Made by a program: the position numbers and the translations under genes
Notes under the pieces: model-generated
Told to the model about the DNA's origin: nothing
What the model saw: only the letters and a program-made list of their open reading frames with translations
Databases searched by the model: none
Assembly (NCBI GenBank): GCA_965206595.1
Contig: OZ242214.1
Location: 4,288,001 to 4,352,000 of the forward strand
Direction: 5' to 3'
DNA length: 64,000 bases
Source: Candidatus Latescibacterota bacterium
GTDB taxonomy: Bacteria; Latescibacterota; UBA2968; UBA8231
Shown: positions 59,836 to 64,000 of the stretch, piece by piece
Layout of the letters: every line of letters begins with the position of its first letter
Position numbering within the stretch: position 1 is the first letter of the stretch

Positions 59836-62103
59836 ATGGCATTGATCCCGAAAATCTTTGCGCCCCCCCTCGCCATCGCGGTGGCCCTTTCGGGGGCACT
59901 GGCAGCTCCCGGCTCAGCGCAAAACCGCGAAGGAGACTGGGTTGCTTTCACGAGCATGCGCCAGGTCAACCAGCTCCATCTCGACACCAGCGGCGACGTC
60001 TGGTCGGCGACCCGTGGGGGGGCCTTGCATTTCGATGTCGACACCCAGGAGTACAGGCGCTTCACACGCGTTGACGGACTCCCGGGAAACAGTCTTCTCG
60101 CGGTGACCGGGGACGACCGCGGACATATATGGTTCGGCAGCGACCGGCAGGGGCTGAGCCGCTTCCGCCCCGAGGCCGATTCTTTCGATCCGCCGTTTCT
60201 CGAGTTTCGCGATCTCCGCATCAACGCGTTGCTGGCAGCCGGCGACCGGCTCTACGTCGGCACCGAGGAGGGCGTCAGTCTCTTCCTGATCGACAAGGAG
60301 GAAGTGAAGGAGACGTACCGCAACCTCGGCGCAATCCCGCGCGATTCCGAGGTAACCGGGCTCGGGATTCTCGACGGTTCCCTCGTCGTCGGAACCACCT
60401 TCGGAGTCGCCCTTGCGGGCCTCGGCCAGCCAAATCTGCAGGACCCCGACAGCTGGCATGCGCTCGGCGGGACGGAGGGGCTGGCCGACCTCCTGAACTT
60501 CGAGGGAACCCTTTTCCTCGCCGGGCCTTTCGGGGTCTCCTCCTTCCGTTCCGGCGATCAGCGGATAACTTCCGATCTCATCGGCAGACCAGCCACCAGC
60601 CTCGGGGTGCTCGAAGGCCGCATAACGGCCTCCCTGGAAGAAGGCAGCATCCTCGGGCGCGAATCCCAGGGCACCTGGGAGCGGGTCCCGGGGAGGTCGG
60701 TAACCGGTGTCAGCGACATGTCCGACAACGCCGGCATTCTGTGGCTCGCCACCCGGCAGGGGCTGAGGGTCGTCGGCGGAGATCCCCCGCCTCCCTCGAA
60801 AGAGCCTGCCCAGAACCACTTCTTCGACATGGAGCTGCTCGACAACGGCGAGCTGTGGGTCGCCAGCGTGCCCGACGATCACCAGGAGTCGTTCGGCGTG
60901 TACCAGCTCGACGACTCCGGCTGGACGGTCTACGACCGGAGATCGGGAATGCCGACCAACAATGTCATCACCGTCGAGGCCGATGCCGAAGGACGCGTCT
61001 GGGTCGGATCCTGGGGCGGCGGAGTCGCCGTCAGGAACCAGGACGGCTGGGTCGCCGTCACCCACGAGAACTCCCCCCTGATCGGCATCGGGACGAGCCG
61101 GAGCTTTGTCGCTATCAGCGATATCGCCCGCGACAAGGATGGAAACATGTGGGTGGTCAACGTTCAAGGCGGGGTGGTGGTTGTAAACGGATATCCTGTG
61201 GCGGAGGGCCTCCTGATCCCCCAGACCTGGCTGGGATTCGAACCCCAGACCGACACCGGGAAGATCCGATTCCGTGCCGACGGCGACGGCCTGAAATGGA
61301 TAACCAGCCGCACCGAGGGACTCGCCGTCCTGGACGATGGCGGCACGCCTTTCGACGGCAGCGACGACCTGACGGCGCGGATCTACAGCGGCAGCGAGCC
61401 ACGCCTTTCCAGCGACCGTATCACCGACCTGCTGCTCACCGCGGACGGAACCGTATGGGTGGGGACCAACAACGGCCTCGACAGCTTCAGGGGCACCTTC
61501 TCCGGAGAGACCGGCACGTACTCGATCGCGAGGGAAGACTGGAGGACGTACAGCACCTCGGACGGCCTGCCAACCAACGAAATCAGCGCCCTGGCCGCGG
61601 ACGCCGCGGGTAACGTCTGGGTGGGGACCGAAGAAGGGCTGGCGCGAATAAACCCCCGCGGGGAGTGGGATTTCACGTTTTCCGCCTCCAACAGCGGCTT
61701 GATCGACAACCGCGTGAAGTCCCTGTTGTACGACGAGGCCGGCGACGAACTCTGGATCGGCACCTTCGACGGTCTGAGCCGCCTGACACTAGGCGCCTCG
61801 GCTCCCGGGGAAAAGCCGGGCGAAGGTCTTGTCGTCTACCCGAACCCGTTCGATCCCCTGCAAGGTCAGCTGACGGTTTCCGGCCTCCCTCTCGGGGCTT
61901 CGCTGCGGATCTACCGCCCCTCCGGACAGCTCGTAAGCAACCTTCCCGGTCAGGCCGGCAGGGGGACGATCTCGTGGAAGGGTGTCAACGAGGTCGGTTT
62001 TCTCGTCGGCTCGGGGGTGTACCTGATCGTCGCGGAAGACGCCGACGGCAATGTCCGGCGGGGCAAGCTGGCGGTTATCAACGGCTCGCGGGACCGTCGC
62101 TGA
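59836..62103 (+). CDS. PorZ-like beta-propeller protein with a T9SS type-A-like C-terminal domain
   Basis: Signal peptide, repeated DGLP.N...G.VWVGT..GL blades, VVYPNPF...LRIY...GQLV...W.G...SGVYLI...KLAVI. Confidence 0.75.
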   Translation: MALIPKIFAPPLAIAVALSGALAAPGSAQNREGDWVAFTSMRQVNQLHLDTSGDVWSATRGGALHFDVDTQEYRRFTRVDGLPGNSLLAVTGDDRGHIWFGSDRQGLSRFRPEADSFDPPFLEFRDLRINALLAAGDRLYVGTEEGVSLFLIDKEEVKETYRNLGAIPRDSEVTGLGILDGSLVVGTTFGVALAGLGQPNLQDPDSWHALGGTEGLADLLNFEGTLFLAGPFGVSSFRSGDQRITSDLIGRPATSLGVLEGRITASLEEGSILGRESQGTWERVPGRSVTGVSDMSDNAGILWLATRQGLRVVGGDPPPPSKEPAQNHFFDMELLDNGELWVASVPDDHQESFGVYQLDDSGWTVYDRRSGMPTNNVITVEADAEGRVWVGSWGGGVAVRNQDGWVAVTHENSPLIGIGTSRSFVAISDIARDKDGNMWVVNVQGGVVVVNGYPVAEGLLIPQTWLGFEPQTDTGKIRFRADGDGLKWITSRTEGLAVLDDGGTPFDGSDDLTARIYSGSEPRLSSDRITDLLLTADGTVWVGTNNGLDSFRGTFSGETGTYSIAREDWRTYSTSDGLPTNEISALAADAAGNVWVGTEEGLARINPRGEWDFTFSASNSGLIDNRVKSLLYDEAGDELWIGTFDGLSRLTLGASAPGEKPGEGLVVYPNPFDPLQGQLTVSGLPLGASLRIYRPSGQLVSNLPGQAGRGTISWKGVNEVGFLVGSGVYLIVAEDADGNVRRGKLAVINGSRDRR

Positions 62104-62107
62104 GACG

Positions 62108-62767
62108 ATGAGAATCCCCGGAATCCTGCTTCCCGTCCTGCTGCTGTCGCTGGGGCCGGCAAGCGGCGACGGCCTCCGGTTTGCGATCGCCCGCCTTCAG
62201 TACGACGGCGGAGGCGACTGGTACAGCAACCCCTCCTCCCTGCCGAATCTTCTCGCCTACATCGCCGAGCACACCCGCGTCGACGCCGCTGCCGAGGAGG
62301 CGCGGGTCCACATCATGGACGAGGAGCTGTTCTCCTACCCCTACCTCTACATGACCGGGCACGGCAACGTCTCGCTGTCGGCCGCGGAAGTGATCCGCTT
62401 GCGGCAGTTTCTCGAAAACGGCGGTTTCCTGCACGCCGACGACAACTACGGGATGGACAAATCCTTCCGCCGCGAAATGCGCAAGCTCTTTCCGCGCAAG
62501 GAATTCGTCGAGCTGCCCCCGGAACACGGCATCTTCCAATGCCATTTCGAGCTCCCCGGGGGACTGCCGAAGATCCACGAGCACGACGGCAACCGACCGC
62601 AGGCCCTGGCCCTGTTCGAAGGCAGGCGCATCATCCTCCTCTACACCTTCGAGTCGGACCTCGGCGACGGCTGGGAAGATGCCGACGTCCACGGCGACCC
62701 CGAGGAGAAACGAGAGTCCGCGCTCCGCATGGGAACCAACATAGTCGTCTGGGCACTCACCCACTGA
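62108..62767 (+). CDS. DUF4159 domain protein
   Basis: RLQYDGGGDWY.NP.SLPNL, YPYLYMTGHG, GGFLHADDNYG, DLGDGWED. Confidence 0.9.
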   Translation: MRIPGILLPVLLLSLGPASGDGLRFAIARLQYDGGGDWYSNPSSLPNLLAYIAEHTRVDAAAEEARVHIMDEELFSYPYLYMTGHGNVSLSAAEVIRLRQFLENGGFLHADDNYGMDKSFRREMRKLFPRKEFVELPPEHGIFQCHFELPGGLPKIHEHDGNRPQALALFEGRRIILLYTFESDLGDGWEDADVHGDPEEKRESALRMGTNIVVWALTH

Positions 62768-62951
62768 GGCGAGCAGACTCAACCGGTAGACGAAGCCGAC
62801 AACCAGTGTCCTGTTTCACCAACCGGTCGCTCGCGCTTGCCAGGCCGCAGAAGCGGGCTCGCAAGCCGCCTGGCCCGTACAGGGATGAGTCCAATGAGGG
62901 CAGTTTACACGGAGATACGGAATCGACCGGCGGAAGAATGAAGAGGTGTTG

Positions 62952-64000
62952 GTGAAACAGGAGACCGGCTCGGACCGGCAGCTCGCCGCGATAGTCGCCT
63001 TCACCCGCCGGCTCCGGCTGCGGCTGGTGGCCGTCGAGGCGGGGGCTGCCCTGCTGCAGGCGCTCGCTCTCGGGCTGCTGCTCGGGCTTGCGGCAGTCTG
63101 CGCCGAGCATCTGCTCCACCCCGGACCGTTCTGGCGCACGGCGCTGGTGCTCGCCGCGCCCGCCGCATCCATCCTCGCGGCCGGGCTCACGCTGTACTCG
63201 CGGCTGCGCGGGCGGCTGTCCTACCACCGCGTCGGCCTGCTGGCGGAGAGCGACCTCGAGGCTCTCCGGGGGCGCCTGATCCTCGCCCTGGAACTGGCCG
63301 CGGTCCCCGCCCCGGACCGGCGGCGACTGACCGGCTCACCCGGCCTCACCGACGCGGCCGTGCAGGGCGCCGCAGCCTGCATCGAAGGCCGTTCCACAGG
63401 TTCCATCGTCGGCTGGAATCCCCTGCGACTCCCCGCGCGACAACTCGCCGCCGCGGCAGTGGCCGTCATCGCTTCCGGCGCCCTGTTCGCCGAGGATCTG
63501 GTACCCGCGGCGAAGCGTTGCGCCCATCCCCTGCGCGAACACCCCCGCCTCGCGCGGACCCTCATCGAGGTCCGGCCCCCGCAGCTGGAGGTGGTTAAGG
63601 GAGAGGATGCTGCCGTCGAGATCCTGTTTTCCGGGAAGGTGCCGCGCACCGCGGAAATCCTGAGGCGCGACTCCGAAAGCGCGGATTGGCAGGCCACCGA
63701 GATAGCCCCCTCCGCAGGCGCGGACGCTGATACGGTTCGTTACAGCTTCACCGACGTGGTTCGGCCGTTCTCCTTTTCCGTTCGCGGAGGGGACGGGTTC
63801 GCAGGGCCGTACGACGTCGAGGTCATCGATCCTCCCGAGGTTCGGCAGCTGACCATCCACTACCGTTACCCCCCGCACTGCGGATGGCCGGAGCGGGTCG
63901 AACCGGGAAACGGCGACGTCAGCGCACCGGCCGGTACGGAGGTGGAAATTCGTATCGACGCCTCGAAGCCGCTCTCCGAGGCCGCGCTGGTCATCGACGA
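62952..64000 (+). CDS. Membrane-anchored protein with Ig-like domains (DUF4175-like), partial
   Basis: Not in the ORF track because it runs off the edge. GTG after GAAGAGG; N-terminal transmembrane helices, then ...YRYPPHCG...GDVSAPAGTEV...SKPL. Confidence 0.7.
   Translation, partial: MKQETGSDRQLAAIVAFTRRLRLRLVAVEAGAALLQALALGLLLGLAAVCAEHLLHPGPFWRTALVLAAPAASILAAGLTLYSRLRGRLSYHRVGLLAESDLEALRGRLILALELAAVPAPDRRRLTGSPGLTDAAVQGAAACIEGRSTGSIVGWNPLRLPARQLAAAAVAVIASGALFAEDLVPAAKRCAHPLREHPRLARTLIEVRPPQLEVVKGEDAAVEILFSGKVPRTAEILRRDSESADWQATEIAPSAGADADTVRYSFTDVVRPFSFSVRGGDGFAGPYDVEVIDPPEVRQLTIHYRYPPHCGWPERVEPGNGDVSAPAGTEVEIRIDASKPLSEAALVID

Noticed and set aside
5900-64000. Many long alternative-frame and antisense ORFs (e.g. 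8058-10184, 19660-21906, 57204-60224)
   Set aside because: Shadow ORFs expected in high-GC DNA; they are Arg/Gly/Pro-rich, lack motifs and overlap well-supported genes.
1-64000. CRISPR array, rRNA or reverse transcriptase
   Set aside because: No regularly spaced repeat-spacer pattern, rRNA-like sequence or RT motif was seen by eye.

Overview
High-GC bacterial window in three parts. Gene content (PorZ-like protein with a T9SS-type C-terminal domain, LptD-like, DUF4159, DUF6785) suggests an FCB-group organism such as Latescibacterota; this is inference. (1) 1-21.8 kb: accessory and catabolic genes, including a 3.3-kb IS1595-family element that carries a methyltransferase-Mrr-like nuclease fusion and clips both neighbouring genes, an MNT-HEPN toxin-antitoxin pair, an amidase/Eis-GNAT/oxidoreductase/creatininase cluster and nadC. 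(2) About 21.9-38.2 kb: a heavily rearranged island 3' of tRNA-Lys(CTT). It holds tandem paralogues of a secreted protein ending in TW[GD]RIKAA (one split by IS1380 and IS630 inserted about 9 bp apart), two inverted IS1380 copies, IS630, IS66 and IS91 pieces, an AT-rich nuclease-like plus membrane-anchor gene pair, a PD-(D/E)XK nuclease, a decayed DinJ-YafQ pair, and a small phage/satellite head module (connector, closure, portal) with no tail genes visible. (3) 38.3-64 kb: intact housekeeping genes (efp, accB, accC, gcvH, scpAB, rluB-like, cmk, rpsA, mutS, rlmB, lptD-like, dtd, maf, rodZ-like, priA, porZ-like). All calls come from motif recognition by eye; no database searches were run.
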